Source: Thalassospiraceae bacterium (GTDB taxonomy: Bacteria > Pseudomonadota > Alphaproteobacteria > Rhodospirillales > Magnetovibrionaceae). From it: a DNA stretch of 32,551 bases. Position 1 is the stretch's first letter. Every line of letters begins with the position of its first letter. The notes under the pieces are model-generated. The model worked only from the letters and a program-made list of their open reading frames with translations, ran no database searches and was not told the origin of the DNA. Below, in pieces: positions 1 through 9,849 of this stretch. The translations under genes were made by a program, and so were the position numbers. The DNA is taken from positions 1 to 32,551 of the forward strand of contig DAOWFB010000045.1 of the NCBI GenBank assembly GCA_030638205.1, read 5' to 3'.

Positions 1-330
1 CGTTGTTATTAGCTTGTTCACATCACTGCCCGATGCCCGAAGCTTTGCCGTCATTAAATTGCGGAACTCTTTGCGCCCATCATCGGTTAATAGCAATTGG
101 GAATCATCTTCCATGCCCTTGCCATCAATTGCTTCAACCAGCCCTTCATACCTGAGCAATTCTATTGATGTTCCCATAATGTCCAGCGATGGCCCGGTGA
201 TGCGGCTGATAAAATGCCTAATCTCACTTGCCAGTTCACTATAACGCATTGGCCCAGTGGCAAGCTCAATAGTGCCTAGGGCACAAAGGCGGACTGCTTC
301 TTTGGGTGTTAGGGTGTTATCGGCAAACAT
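1..330 (-). CDS. PadR-like winged-helix transcriptional regulator, first 110 codons (3' end runs off the window)
   Basis: Absent from the ORF track because it is open at the window edge. Reading the reverse strand from ATG 330..328 is stop-free to base 1: MFADNTLTPKEAVRLCALGTIELATGPMRYSELASEIRHFISRITGPSLDIMGTSIELLRYEGLVEAIDGKG...LLLTDDGRKEF. The pattern resembles PadR-type wHTH proteins. The + ORF 14..244 is its antisense shadow. Confidence 0.4.
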   Translation of the reverse strand, partial: MFADNTLTPKEAVRLCALGTIELATGPMRYSELASEIRHFISRITGPSLDIMGTSIELLRYEGLVEAIDGKGMEDDSQLLLTDDGRKEFRNLMTAKLRASGSDVNKLITT

Positions 331-401
331 TCAGGTTAACCTCAACGTACGTATGACGAATCCGGGATGTGTTTATTATAGCCAAATGACGAATATTTTG
401 C

Positions 402-1613
402 TCAGGCTGCTGCCTTAAGTCCCAGTTTTCCCCAAACATCCTTTAATGCAGCGACCAGCGTATCCATAAGGTCATCATCATGCAGTGGCGTTGGGGTAAA
501 GCGCAAACGCTCGGTGCCGCGCTCGACAGTTGGGTAATTAATTGGTTGAACATAAATATTATGCACGTTCATTAGTTCGTCCGATGCTTGTTTGCACAAA
601 ACAGGATCGCCAACCAGAATAGGAACAATATGGCTTTCAGAATCCATAACCGGAAGCCCGGCATCGGAGAATTTTTTCTTTAGGGTTGCGGCACGTTCCT
701 GATGCTTGATGCGAAGCTCGTTGTGTTCTTTTAGATATTTAATATTGGCACGGCACGCGGCAGCAACCGCCGGTGGGGTTGAAGTGGAAAAAATAAATCC
801 GGTTCCGTACGATCTAACAAAATCGCACATATCGGATGTTCCGGCGATATATCCACCAACAACACCAAATGCCTTTGCCATTGTTCCCTGAATTATGGTT
901 ATGCGGTCCATTAATCCGTCACGCTCGGCAACGCCCGCACCATGCTCGCCATAAAGGCCAACCGCATGAACTTCGTCCAAAAATGTCATTGCTTTGTATT
1001 TATCGGCCAAATCACAGATTTCTTTCATGGGCGAAATATCGCCGTCCATTGAATAAACGGATTCAAAGGCAATAAGTTTAGGCCGATCTATATCAATGCT
1101 TTTTAGAATACGTTCCAGGTCTTCAACGTCGTTGTGGCGGAAAATATGTTTTTCCGCGCGCGAATGACGGATACCTTCGATCATTGAATTGTGGTTTTTA
1201 GAATCTGAAATAACCACACAGTTCGGAATCAATGAACAGATGGTTGAAAGGGTGGTTAGATTTGCTATCCAGCCAGAGCCGAATGCGAGAGAGGCTTCAG
1301 TTTGATGTAGCTCAGCAATTTCTTTTTCCAAAAGAACATGTTGATGCGTGGTGCCGGAAATATTTCTGGTTCCACCTGCGCCAACACCGTAGTTAGTTGC
1401 CGTATCAACCATTGCTTTTATGGCATCGGGGTTTTGACCCATGCCCATGTAATCGTTTGAGCACCAGACTGTAATATCGCGAAGGTCGCCATTGATATGG
1501 GCTTTGGCACGAGGGAATTTTCCCGCCTGGCGTTCAAGGTCGGCAAAAACCCTGTATCTTCCTTCAGACTTTAGCTCACCGACCTTATCGGCAAAAAACT
1601 TATTGTAGTCCAT
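402..1613 (-). CDS. hemA: 5-aminolevulinate synthase (C4 heme pathway)
   Basis: 403 aa. The N-terminus [36 protein letters not shown] and the PLP-lysine region SMDGD...GTMAKAFG are typical of ALAS / alpha-oxoamine synthases. The length is right. Confidence 0.95.
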   Translation of the reverse strand: MDYNKFFADKVGELKSEGRYRVFADLERQAGKFPRAKAHINGDLRDITVWCSNDYMGMGQNPDAIKAMVDTATNYGVGAGGTRNISGTTHQHVLLEKEIAELHQTEASLAFGSGWIANLTTLSTICSLIPNCVVISDSKNHNSMIEGIRHSRAEKHIFRHNDVEDLERILKSIDIDRPKLIAFESVYSMDGDISPMKEICDLADKYKAMTFLDEVHAVGLYGEHGAGVAERDGLMDRITIIQGTMAKAFGVVGGYIAGTSDMCDFVRSYGTGFIFSTSTPPAVAAACRANIKYLKEHNELRIKHQERAATLKKKFSDAGLPVMDSESHIVPILVGDPVLCKQASDELMNVHNIYVQPINYPTVERGTERLRFTPTPLHDDDLMDTLVAALKDVWGKLGLKAAA

Positions 1614-1799
1614 TAATTCCTCCGGGGTACGTCTAGCACCTTTGTGTTGGCCATATTTTCTTGTGGCTCTTAAATTAAAGAGATGCTGACTAATGGCGTT
1701 TTTTTATAATAATTTCTTCCATAATAAAGGAATCTGACGCTTTTGGGCAAGAATGTGAATATACGGTATAAAATTGGCTAAAAATAGGCATTTTATCCA

Positions 1800-3239
1800 T
1801 TAGTTGAGTTTTTCCGATGCTATCCAATTAGCGGTTTTATCAAGCGCACGCCCGAAATATGCAAACATCTCGGCCATTTCTGCTTCGCTGATTATTAGTG
1901 GTGGGGAAAAGGCAACGGTGTCGCCCATGGCCCGAAGGATGACCCCCTCGGCCTGTGCCTCAGCAACCAGATGCAAACCAACAGCATTTTTGGGGTCGAA
2001 AGCTTCTTTGGTGCTTTTATTTTTTACCAATTCTATCGCACCGACCATGCCAACGCCGCGAACTTCGCCGACCAATGGATGCGATGCAAATGCCCGAAGC
2101 CCATCTTGAAAAATTGGTGATTTTGCTTTTACCTCTGAAACAATGTCGCGTTCTTCGTAAATATTTAGCGTTTCCATTGCAACCGCTGCCCCCAATGGGT
2201 GGCCGGAATATGTGAAACCATGTCCAAGCGGCCCGTTTCTTTCGCTGCCCGCAAGTAGGCCATTAAAAATATCTTCAGATACTATCAATGCCGATATTGG
2301 GACATAGGCGGAAGATAGTGCCTTGGCCATGGTGATTATATCGGGGCGAATTGAATACGTTTCAGACCCCCACATGTTTCCGGTGCGCCCGAACCCGCAT
2401 ATTATCTCGTCGGCAACAACAAGAATGTCGTATTTTTTTAATACACCCTGTATTTTTTCAAAATATGTTTTTGGTGGAATAATAACTCCGCCGGCACCCA
2501 TTACCGGCTCCATAAACATGGCGGCAATTGTTTCCGGGCCTTCTTTTAAAATAAGCTCTTCAAGGTTGTTGGCTAGCCTGGTTGAAAAATCTTCTTCGCT
2601 TTCGCCATCATGGGCAAAGCGATAATGATGCGGGCAGTCGGTATGAATAATTCCGTCTATGGGTAAATCGAAATCATTTTGACAAACAGGAAGCCCGGTC
2701 AAGGATGCGGCCGCCACGGTTACGCCGTGATATGCTTTTATTCGCGATATTATTTTCTTTTTTTTAGGTATCCCGCGCGTATTGTTTATGTACCAGATAA
2801 ATTTAATTGCGGTATCAACGGCTTCGGAACCTGAATTGGCAAAAAATACTTTTGCGCCACCGCTATTAAGCGGAGCAGGGGCCAGCTTTAACAGTCTTTC
2901 GGCTAAATCGATGGTTACGCTTGGCGCTTTGCCAGTGAAGTTATGATAAAAGGCAAGCTTGTTCATGCTTTTGGTTGCCGCATCAACAAGGCGTTTTTCA
3001 CTCCACCCCAATGATGTACACCAAAGGCCGGACATGCCTTCGATGTATCCTTTTCCGTCTTCGTCAAAAACCCGAACACCGTCACCGCTGGTAATGACCA
3101 GCGGCCCACTCTCAAGGTGGGATGTTAGGTTTGTGTACGGATGTATCTGGCTCGCTATATCGCGGGCACCATATGAGTTAGGCGTTGGTGAGTTAGGCGT
3201 TGGTGAATTAGGTGGTGAGTTGGGTTTTTTGCTGTTCAA
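1800..3239 (-). CDS. Class-III PLP-dependent (omega-type) aminotransferase with a repetitive N-terminal extension
   Basis: 479 aa with class-III motifs: SGSEAVDTAIK, ADEIICGFGRTG, ITMAKALSS (PLP Lys) and HGFTYSGHP. The N-terminus carries a PNSPT repeat encoded by a 15-nt tandem repeat. Confidence 0.9.
   Translation of the reverse strand: MNSKKPNSPPNSPTPNSPTPNSYGARDIASQIHPYTNLTSHLESGPLVITSGDGVRVFDEDGKGYIEGMSGLWCTSLGWSEKRLVDAATKSMNKLAFYHNFTGKAPSVTIDLAERLLKLAPAPLNSGGAKVFFANSGSEAVDTAIKFIWYINNTRGIPKKKKIISRIKAYHGVTVAAASLTGLPVCQNDFDLPIDGIIHTDCPHHYRFAHDGESEEDFSTRLANNLEELILKEGPETIAAMFMEPVMGAGGVIIPPKTYFEKIQGVLKKYDILVVADEIICGFGRTGNMWGSETYSIRPDIITMAKALSSAYVPISALIVSEDIFNGLLAGSERNGPLGHGFTYSGHPLGAAVAMETLNIYEERDIVSEVKAKSPIFQDGLRAFASHPLVGEVRGVGMVGAIELVKNKSTKEAFDPKNAVGLHLVAEAQAEGVILRAMGDTVAFSPPLIISEAEMAEMFAYFGRALDKTANWIASEKLN
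3175..3225. repeat. 15-nt tandem repeat (2 exact copies plus 2 degenerate copies) inside the aminotransferase 5' end
   Basis: gagttaggcgttggt at 3175-3189 and 3190-3204, then gaattaggtggt and gagttgggt. It is in frame and encodes PNSPPNSPTPNSPTPNS. Confidence 0.9.
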
Positions 3240-3294
3240 TTAAAAGGCCTCGTCACTATGTTTATGCACGCTGCCAACATAGTAACTTATTTAG

Positions 3295-3642
3295 CTAACC
3301 TGCCATAGATTTTGTTTTTATGTGAGGCGGCAAAACATGGGTAGATGCGCCACCGGGCTGGGCCGTGTCCTTATTCAGCCGCCAATCGATAATTTGTAAC
3401 GAGGCATATATAAACCCGAACAACATTGCGCCCAGCAACAAAACTACCACCCAGTTACCCATGGTACGTTGATTTACTAGCTGGTCTTGTTGGCGAGGAT
3501 GTAGGTGGCGGCCAAAATAGAAAATAAGGAAATAACGTTTTCCTAGAAACGGAAACACTGTGTTGATATCGACAATGAAATGCCCCCTGTTTTCTGAGGA
3601 CGCATTACCATTCGGGCTGTCATTTTTATTAGGCACGTTCAT
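3295..3642 (-). CDS. Hypothetical small membrane protein (weak call)
   Basis: 115-aa ORF with one clear TM helix (WVVVLLLGAMLFGFIYASL). It lies directly downstream of the His/Met-rich gene on the same strand. There is no convincing RBS, and an internal start at MGNWVV is possible. Confidence 0.25.
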   Translation of the reverse strand: MNVPNKNDSPNGNASSENRGHFIVDINTVFPFLGKRYFLIFYFGRHLHPRQQDQLVNQRTMGNWVVVLLLGAMLFGFIYASLQIIDWRLNKDTAQPGGASTHVLPPHIKTKSMAG

Positions 3643-3765
3643 ATCCTTAAAATTAATAACTAAAAAGATATTACCGTGGGGTTAATAAATTGTAACTGAA
3701 TGGAGCGCATAGTGAATTACCCGCCCCAAACCACAGCCCGGGAGCGGGTAATATTAGCTTCTTTG

Positions 3766-4113
3766 CTAGCTTTTCTTATCTGTGTTGTAGTCGCAATTTT
3801 TACTTTTATGGAATTTTTCCATATCGAATTCGGGCATCCATTTTTTCATAACGCTGCCCATTTCCTCGTGCATGGCCTTTCTATCGGCCGGGGTCATCTT
3901 TAAATATTCTTCGTGCATTGGCCCGTGTCCCATCATGCCATGGTTTTCCATTGTGCCATGGTTTTCCATCATGCCGTGCTGCTTCATCATCCCGTGGCCC
4001 ATGTGGCCATTTCCCCCGTCTTTCATGCCGCCTGTACCGTGGGCCAGAACCGGAACGGCCAAAAGGGCTGCGCCTACTAGTGCGATTGCTGTAAATGTTG
4101 TGAGCTTTTTCAT
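3766..4113 (-). CDS. Secreted His/Met-rich protein, putative periplasmic metal-binding or stress protein (ZraP/CpxP-like flavour)
   Basis: Good SD (AAGGAGAG about 7 nt upstream of the ATG). Signal peptide MKKLTTFTAIALVGAALLAVPVLAHG. It is followed by HMGHGMMKQHGMMENHGTMENHGMMGHGPMH repeats and a helical tail containing MTPADRKAMHEEM. Confidence 0.7.
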   Translation of the reverse strand: MKKLTTFTAIALVGAALLAVPVLAHGTGGMKDGGNGHMGHGMMKQHGMMENHGTMENHGMMGHGPMHEEYLKMTPADRKAMHEEMGSVMKKWMPEFDMEKFHKSKNCDYNTDKKS

Positions 4114-4294
4114 TTTACTCTCCTTTGGTTGCTATTGTGACTACCGCTGTTTTCATGAGATATATTATCAACCTCTAATGTGGCGCAATTCAGGTCACAA
4201 TCAAGGCGTTTTGGTCACAATTATGCATACTATTTTTTTAAGTGTGCGGCGTTGGCAAAACCTAAGATGAAAAAGCCTCGTTTTGCGCTGTCGG

Positions 4295-4990
4295 CTATTT
4301 GCCGCCGTGGTCTTTCGACCATTTAAGCGGATCGGCAAGGAAATCCCGCACACCGGCAATGGCTTCGGGCGAGAATGATTTTTCACGTTCTGCGACCTCG
4401 AGAACGTCCCACCATGTTGCCAGATAGTGCATGTTGACGCCGCTTTCTTTTAGGTTATCTAGCGCACCGGGAAAAGCACCATAGAAAAACACAACGAAAG
4501 CATCAGATACGGTTGCGCCCGCTTTTCGCAAAGCATCAATAAAGGTGATTTTGCTGGCACCGTCGGTGGCAAGGTCTTCCACCAGCAATACATGGCTTCC
4601 TTCGGGCATGTTGCCTTCGATTTGGGCGTTGCGACCAAATCCTTTGGGTTTTTTACGAACATAAAGCATGGGCTTATGGGTTAATTGCGAAATCCAAGCT
4701 GAATAGGGGATGCCCGCGGTTTCGCCGCCGGCAAACGCATCTATTTTTGCAAAATCGGTATTGGCTTTTAGCATCTCAACCGCCAAATCCATCATCCGTG
4801 CCCGTTCTTGCGGAAACGAAATAAGCCAGCGACAATCAATATAAACCGGACTGGCCCAGCCGGATGTAAGTATGTACGGCTCTTCGGGGCGAAAGTTTAC
4901 GGCTTTTATATCGAGAAGCATTTTTGCTGCTTCCAGACCCGTTGGGGTGGTGGCTGGGGTGGTGGACGACTTTGTATTATTAGCGCTCAT
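4295..4990 (-). CDS. pyrE: Orotate phosphoribosyltransferase
   Basis: 231 aa with the PRPP-binding loop VLLVEDLATDGASK and the SGWASPVYIDCR motif typical of PyrE. Confidence 0.9.
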   Translation of the reverse strand: MSANNTKSSTTPATTPTGLEAAKMLLDIKAVNFRPEEPYILTSGWASPVYIDCRWLISFPQERARMMDLAVEMLKANTDFAKIDAFAGGETAGIPYSAWISQLTHKPMLYVRKKPKGFGRNAQIEGNMPEGSHVLLVEDLATDGASKITFIDALRKAGATVSDAFVVFFYGAFPGALDNLKESGVNMHYLATWWDVLEVAEREKSFSPEAIAGVRDFLADPLKWSKDHGGK

Positions 4991-5033
4991 AAAATGGCGT
5001 TCCTTGGAATTGAATTTAAGTTAACGGAAAAGT

Positions 5034-5378
5034 TCAATTGATAATGTTGCGGTGCGGGCTGTATCCGCTTTCAGTTATTTTGTCGAAATAATCAATAACA
5101 TCTGGGTGGTCAATGGGGCCACCCTCGACGTCTAGCTCAAGGTTGCGTTCGGCCACATATGCCCAGTCGGATGTTCCATCAACTAAAACATGATACCACG
5201 GCCCATTGTCGCCCGAAGTGGTTCCACGGGAAGGCGTAGGGTTGGCAATTGATGATGACCCATGGGTGCCACGAAACAGCGGGTCGACATCAATTATGAC
5301 ACCACGATAATCAAGCAGGGTATTGTGAATTACCTGCCCGACTGAAAACTTTGCCATATCATCTGCTGTATAGACCAT
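5034..5378 (-). CDS. hspQ: Heat-shock protein HspQ / hemimethylated-DNA-binding (YccV-like) protein
   Basis: 114 aa. FSVGQVIHNTLLDYRGVIIDVDP...PWYHVLVD matches the conserved HspQ core. Confidence 0.85.
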   Translation of the reverse strand: MVYTADDMAKFSVGQVIHNTLLDYRGVIIDVDPLFRGTHGSSSIANPTPSRGTTSGDNGPWYHVLVDGTSDWAYVAERNLELDVEGGPIDHPDVIDYFDKITESGYSPHRNIIN

Positions 5379-5559
5379 TTTAATAAATCCACTTCATATG
5401 ATTTTCTGCCCTGATACTACCCTAAAAATCGGCAATTTATAGGCTTTGGTCAACAATACTTTTATGATGCCTGTAATTATGGCATTTATTCAGCTAATCA
5501 TATGTGATGTTAGACACTAAACAGTAGGGTTCTAAGTATCTGAGGTTTATCCGATTCTA

Positions 5560-5585
5560 GCCAGAATCATTGGCCAGAATCATTA
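5560..5585. repeat. 13-nt tandem duplication upstream of the ELM1-family gene
   Basis: gccagaatcattg (5560-5572) followed by gccagaatcatta (5573-5585). Confidence 0.9.
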
Positions 5586-5609
5586 GAAAGTATCATTGGG
5601 AAAAGTGTA

Positions 5610-6599
5610 ATGAGCAATAAAAGCGTCTGGCTTCTTATCGATGATCGCGCCGGAAACAGGTCGCAGGTGTTGGGTGTGGGCCGTGCGCTTGGGTTTCCAT
5701 TTGAAATAAAAGAAATTGAATATACTGCCGCCGCGGCACTTCCTAATTATATGTTGATGACATCTTTTAGCGCGGTGGCGCAAAAATCACGCGTAAATCT
5801 TTCCGCACCTTGGCCAGATATTGTAATTGCCGCAGGCAGGCGCACCGCACCGGTTGCGCGCAAAATAAAAGAATTAAATAATGGCAAAACATCGTTAATT
5901 CAAATTATGTATCCGGGTTCGTTTGGCGAAGACGATTTCGATCTTATATGCGTTCCCCGTCACGACACCATGGACGCAGCGCCCAACCGATTTGAAATTA
6001 CTGGCGCACCGCACAATGTAACCCCGCAATCGTTAGAGGCGGCAAGAATTGAATGGAAAGGGCGGTTTGATGATATGGCAAAACCGCTGGTTGCGCTTAT
6101 TGTTGGTGGCGATACCAAGCGCAAAAAATTCACCCCCCAAATGGCGGCGGAGCTGGGCAGCCATGCGGCAAAGCTGGCCGCTGAGGCAGGAGGGTCGTTG
6201 TTGGTTACAACATCAAGGCGCACAAGCATTGATGCCGCAAGCGCACTAACGGACGTTATCGGTGACGTTCCGTCATTTGTTTTTAAATGGGGTGACGCTA
6301 ATGGGAAAAAGGGCGACAACCCATACATGGCCTATCTGGCAATGGCCGATTATGTAATCGTAACCGGCGATAGCGTTTCAATGTGTTCTGAGGCCGCCGG
6401 AACGGAAAAACCGCTTTATATATTTTCACCAAAAAAACTAACTTCGCATAAGCACGGGCTTTTGCACAAAGACCTTTATGCCAGCGGCTATGCCCGCCGG
6501 TTAGAAGGCACCGAAAAGCTGGAAAGCTGGTCGCATAAACCGCTTAACGCATCATTTAATATTGCCGCTGAAATTAGAAAGCGCCTAAACTTGGATTAG
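5610..6599 (+). CDS. ELM1 / mitochondrial-fission ELM1-family (GT-B-like) protein
   Basis: 329 aa. WLLIDDRAGNRSQVLGVGRALG at the N-terminus, and later LIVGGDTKRKKFT and VTGDSVSMCSEA, recall the bacterial ELM1 (DUF1022) family. Confidence 0.75.
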   Translation: MSNKSVWLLIDDRAGNRSQVLGVGRALGFPFEIKEIEYTAAAALPNYMLMTSFSAVAQKSRVNLSAPWPDIVIAAGRRTAPVARKIKELNNGKTSLIQIMYPGSFGEDDFDLICVPRHDTMDAAPNRFEITGAPHNVTPQSLEAARIEWKGRFDDMAKPLVALIVGGDTKRKKFTPQMAAELGSHAAKLAAEAGGSLLVTTSRRTSIDAASALTDVIGDVPSFVFKWGDANGKKGDNPYMAYLAMADYVIVTGDSVSMCSEAAGTEKPLYIFSPKKLTSHKHGLLHKDLYASGYARRLEGTEKLESWSHKPLNASFNIAAEIRKRLNLD

Positions 6600-6608
6600 G
6601 GACCTAGA

Positions 6609-7970
6609 TTAAACCGCCTTTGAATGCCTGCCTTCGCTGGTTTTAAGATAAGCATCAAACGCGCTTGCAACCAGGCGAATAAACGGGCGGCCATCTTCGA
6701 GCACTTTTAATTTATCGCCATCAATGGCGCAGATGCCGTCTTCAATAAGCGGGGTTAGTTTTTCCAGATCTTTTTCCAGGCCTTCGACGTTGCCGCCAAA
6801 TTCCTTCGCAACTGCTGACAGATCAACCTCAAGGTCGCACATTATGCGCTCGATAACTTCACGTCTGGTTTTATCATCATCATTAATTGGTATGCCTTTG
6901 GCGGTTGGCAATACGCCCGAATAAACAGATTGGCTATATGCTTTTAACGGCAACTGGTTTTGCACGTAACCTTGGGGCAGGTAGCCAATGGCCGATGCAC
7001 CAAATGCCAACATGGCCGGTGCGGTATCGGTTGTGTAGCCTTGGAAGTTTCTGTGTAACTCGCTGGATTCAATTGCATGCGCCATGCTGTCATCAGGATG
7101 GGCAAAATGATCGAAGCCAATTTTAACGTAACCTTTTTCAACCAATCTGTTACCAGCAACGGTGAATTGATCCCATCTTTCTTGCGTACCCGGCAGGTCA
7201 TCTTCGTTTATAAGTTTTTGATGTGATTTCATCCACGGAACATGGGCGTAGCCAAACAATGCGATGCGGTTGGGTTGTAATTCAACCGTTTTGTCCACCA
7301 TGTCTTCCATTTCGTCCACGGTTTGGTGGGGCAGGCCATACATCAAATCCATATTAATGTGGTTGATGGAATGGGCGCGCAGCCATTCGATTACCTTGGC
7401 GGTTATTTCATATGGCTGGATGCGGTTTATGGCTTCTTGCACCTTTGCCCGGTATGACTGCACACCGATTGATGCCCGGTTAACGCCAGCCTTTTCCAAC
7501 TGCGCAATGTATTCTTCGCTGGCGGTGCGGGGGTCAAGCTCGACCGCAATTTCTGCGTTGTCGGCCACGTCAAAGCGCGAACGGAGTTTGTCCATTATCG
7601 CCATCCAGTCTTCGCCTTTTAACATGGTTGGTGAACCGCCACCCCAATGCAGATGTTTGGCGGTCATGCGTTCACCCATGTTTGATGGTAAAGCATCGGC
7701 AACAAGGTCTATTTCCGCCAACAGGGCATTCATGTATTCGGCAACCGGATCGTAGCGTTTTACAATTTTGGTATAGCAACCGCAGAACGAACACATTTCA
7801 GCGCAAAACGGAATATGAAAATATAGCGATAGCTCGGTTTTTGGGTTTAGCTCGCCCAACCAGCGTTTGTAAACCGCACCATCAACCTGCTCGTCAAACT
7901 GAGGTGATGTGGGATAGCTGGTATAGCGCGGCACCCGCATGTCGTATTTTTGAATCAGATCAGATTTCAT
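6609..7970 (-). CDS. hemN: Oxygen-independent coproporphyrinogen III oxidase (radical SAM)
   Basis: 453 aa with the RYTSYPT motif, the radical-SAM cluster CAEMCSFCGC and HWGGGSPT. Confidence 0.93.
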   Translation of the reverse strand: MKSDLIQKYDMRVPRYTSYPTSPQFDEQVDGAVYKRWLGELNPKTELSLYFHIPFCAEMCSFCGCYTKIVKRYDPVAEYMNALLAEIDLVADALPSNMGERMTAKHLHWGGGSPTMLKGEDWMAIMDKLRSRFDVADNAEIAVELDPRTASEEYIAQLEKAGVNRASIGVQSYRAKVQEAINRIQPYEITAKVIEWLRAHSINHINMDLMYGLPHQTVDEMEDMVDKTVELQPNRIALFGYAHVPWMKSHQKLINEDDLPGTQERWDQFTVAGNRLVEKGYVKIGFDHFAHPDDSMAHAIESSELHRNFQGYTTDTAPAMLAFGASAIGYLPQGYVQNQLPLKAYSQSVYSGVLPTAKGIPINDDDKTRREVIERIMCDLEVDLSAVAKEFGGNVEGLEKDLEKLTPLIEDGICAIDGDKLKVLEDGRPFIRLVASAFDAYLKTSEGRHSKAV

Positions 7971-8113
7971 CTGTTTATTTCTTTTATTTTAAAGTTTAGG
8001 GTCGGGTTCTAGGCCAACTTATTCCTTAGCAAGGGCTGGCGCAACCGGGTGAATGCGCTTTTAATAGGTTTCCACACTTGAATTATGTTCAAATTTCAGC
8101 TTCAAATCATAGT

Positions 8114-8890
8114 ATGACACGTTTTGCCGCCAATCTTTCGTTTCTTTTTACCGAGCACCCGTTTGAGGATCGCTTTGCGGCGGCTGCTCAGGCCGGGTTT
8201 GCGGCGGTTGAATTTCTGTTTCCCTACGAGCATAAGCCCGAAACCATTCGTCAACTGGCAGATGATGCCGGGGTAAAGGTGGTGCTTTTTAATGCGCCGC
8301 CGGGCAATTGGGCTGGCGGCGAACGCGGCATTGCCTGCCTTGCCGGGCGCGAAGGTGAATTCAACGAAGGGATTGAACAGGCGGCCCAATATGCTCGCGC
8401 TTTGGGTTGCCCGCGAATTCACGTTCTGGCCGGTGTAACTCCGAAAGGCGCACGCCGTGAGCTTTATTCAAATACATTTTTACAGAACATTAAAACTGCG
8501 GCGTCACATTTTAGCCTTCACGGGGTCGAAGCATTGATAGAGCCGATAAACCCCATTGATATGCCGGGCTACCTTATTAACCTGCCCGAAGATGCAGCAG
8601 AAATAATAGAAAGCGACGGCATGAATAATGTATTCATGCAGTTTGATCTTTATCATGGCGCGATGCAGAACGTGGATTTGATGGGTGCGGTGTGGCGCTA
8701 TATGCCAATCATCCATCATTTTCAGGTCGCCGGATGCCCAGACCGGGGCGAGCCCAATAGTGGCAATGTCGATTACTCGCCAATATTTAAATTAATAAAA
8801 CAAATGGATTTTGATGGCTGGGTTGGTTGCGAATATAAACCCAAGACAGATACGCTTGCGGGCCTTAGTTGGATTAATGAGTTGGATTGA
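8114..8890 (+). CDS. hyi: Hydroxypyruvate isomerase family protein (Hyi/OtnI-like TIM barrel)
   Basis: MTRFAANLSFLFTEHPFEDRFAAAAQAGFAAVEF is the typical Hyi N-terminus. I chose the ATG at 8114 rather than the TTG at 8078 used by the track. Confidence 0.85.
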   Translation: MTRFAANLSFLFTEHPFEDRFAAAAQAGFAAVEFLFPYEHKPETIRQLADDAGVKVVLFNAPPGNWAGGERGIACLAGREGEFNEGIEQAAQYARALGCPRIHVLAGVTPKGARRELYSNTFLQNIKTAASHFSLHGVEALIEPINPIDMPGYLINLPEDAAEIIESDGMNNVFMQFDLYHGAMQNVDLMGAVWRYMPIIHHFQVAGCPDRGEPNSGNVDYSPIFKLIKQMDFDGWVGCEYKPKTDTLAGLSWINELD

Positions 8891-8903
8891 TGGGCAGTAG
8901 CTA

Positions 8904-9323
8904 TCAATCTTCGCTTATGGGCGTTACCGATTTGGCATCTAGGGTAAGCGTGGTTCCCACCAATGGGGTTAGAAAAGTAAAACTATATGTTCCTGTAATT
9001 GTCATATAATTTATTGCACCACTGTCATCAATATCTGCATCAAACACCGCACCACTGGCAGATACACCAGTTTGTTGGGCATAGGCATATGTTTCGAGGG
9101 CAGCTTCTGTGATGGATGTGTTGACCATGGCGTGACGGGTTGATTGCTCAACAACAAATTGCATGGAGCTTTTAATCCAATAGATGCGCCCAAAATCAAT
9201 GATGCCCAATACAAACATAATAAAAACTGGAAAAATAAGGGCGAATTCAACTGCCGCAGCACCACGGTCATTTATGGCGCATGTGCGCGCCTTGTTTATG
9301 ATGGAATTAATCTTAAACATCAT
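8904..9323 (-). CDS. TadE-like minor pseudopilin
   Basis: 139 aa with the N-terminal TadE motif GAAAVEFALIFPVFIMFVLGIIDFG. Confidence 0.8.
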   Translation of the reverse strand: MMFKINSIINKARTCAINDRGAAAVEFALIFPVFIMFVLGIIDFGRIYWIKSSMQFVVEQSTRHAMVNTSITEAALETYAYAQQTGVSASGAVFDADIDDSGAINYMTITGTYSFTFLTPLVGTTLTLDAKSVTPISED

Positions 9324-9327
9324 TTTC

Positions 9328-9849
9328 TTATTGAACCCTGATTGTGCTTCCGTTGGTCAATACTATGTCATTGGGCAGAAAATATGGAACATAAGTATAG
9401 GTGGCTGAAATAACAACATAATGGCGCAATGTTCCTGATGGGCAGGTTATAGTGCAGGTGGCGTCTAAATCACCGTTGCTGCATTCACACGTTTTATAAG
9501 GCAAAGGAACAACAAGCTTGGCGGGATTGAGATTTGATGAGTCAATAATCGTTGTTTGTATTGCTGCCATATTTGCCGCACTTGCCGCTATTGCCGCTGC
9601 GCCCGCCGATTTAATTTCTGATTTAACTAATGCATACTGTGCGCCAGAACGAACAGAACTGGTCAGTTCCATTTTGCTAAATACGGCAATGCCATAATCT
9701 ATAAGGCCCATAAAAATTATCATTAACACTGGCGCAACCAGCGCCATTTCAACAGCACTTACGCCATCTTCGGCGCGGGAAAATTTTCGCACCAAAGGTG
9801 CTATTTTTAATATGGTTGGTTTATTCAACAAGGCCGGGGGATACTCCAT
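9328..9849 (-). CDS. TadE/TadF-like minor pseudopilin (start uncertain)
   Basis: Contains EDGVSAVEMALVAPVLMIIFMGLIDYG. The track start overlaps tadG by 29 nt. TTG codons at 9831 and 9828 would give shorter overlaps. Confidence 0.75.
   Translation of the reverse strand: MEYPPALLNKPTILKIAPLVRKFSRAEDGVSAVEMALVAPVLMIIFMGLIDYGIAVFSKMELTSSVRSGAQYALVKSEIKSAGAAAIAASAANMAAIQTTIIDSSNLNPAKLVVPLPYKTCECSNGDLDATCTITCPSGTLRHYVVISATYTYVPYFLPNDIVLTNGSTIRVQ

Noticed and set aside
8078-8092. Inverted repeat TTGAATTATGTTCAA between hemN and hyi, which looked like an FNR/FnrL box. That would be attractive because hemN is oxygen-regulated in other Alphaproteobacteria.
   Set aside because: The spacing is TTGA-N7-TCAA, one base longer than the FNR consensus TTGA-N6-TCAA. 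I could not find a comparable box upstream of hemA. It is kept only as a weak possibility.
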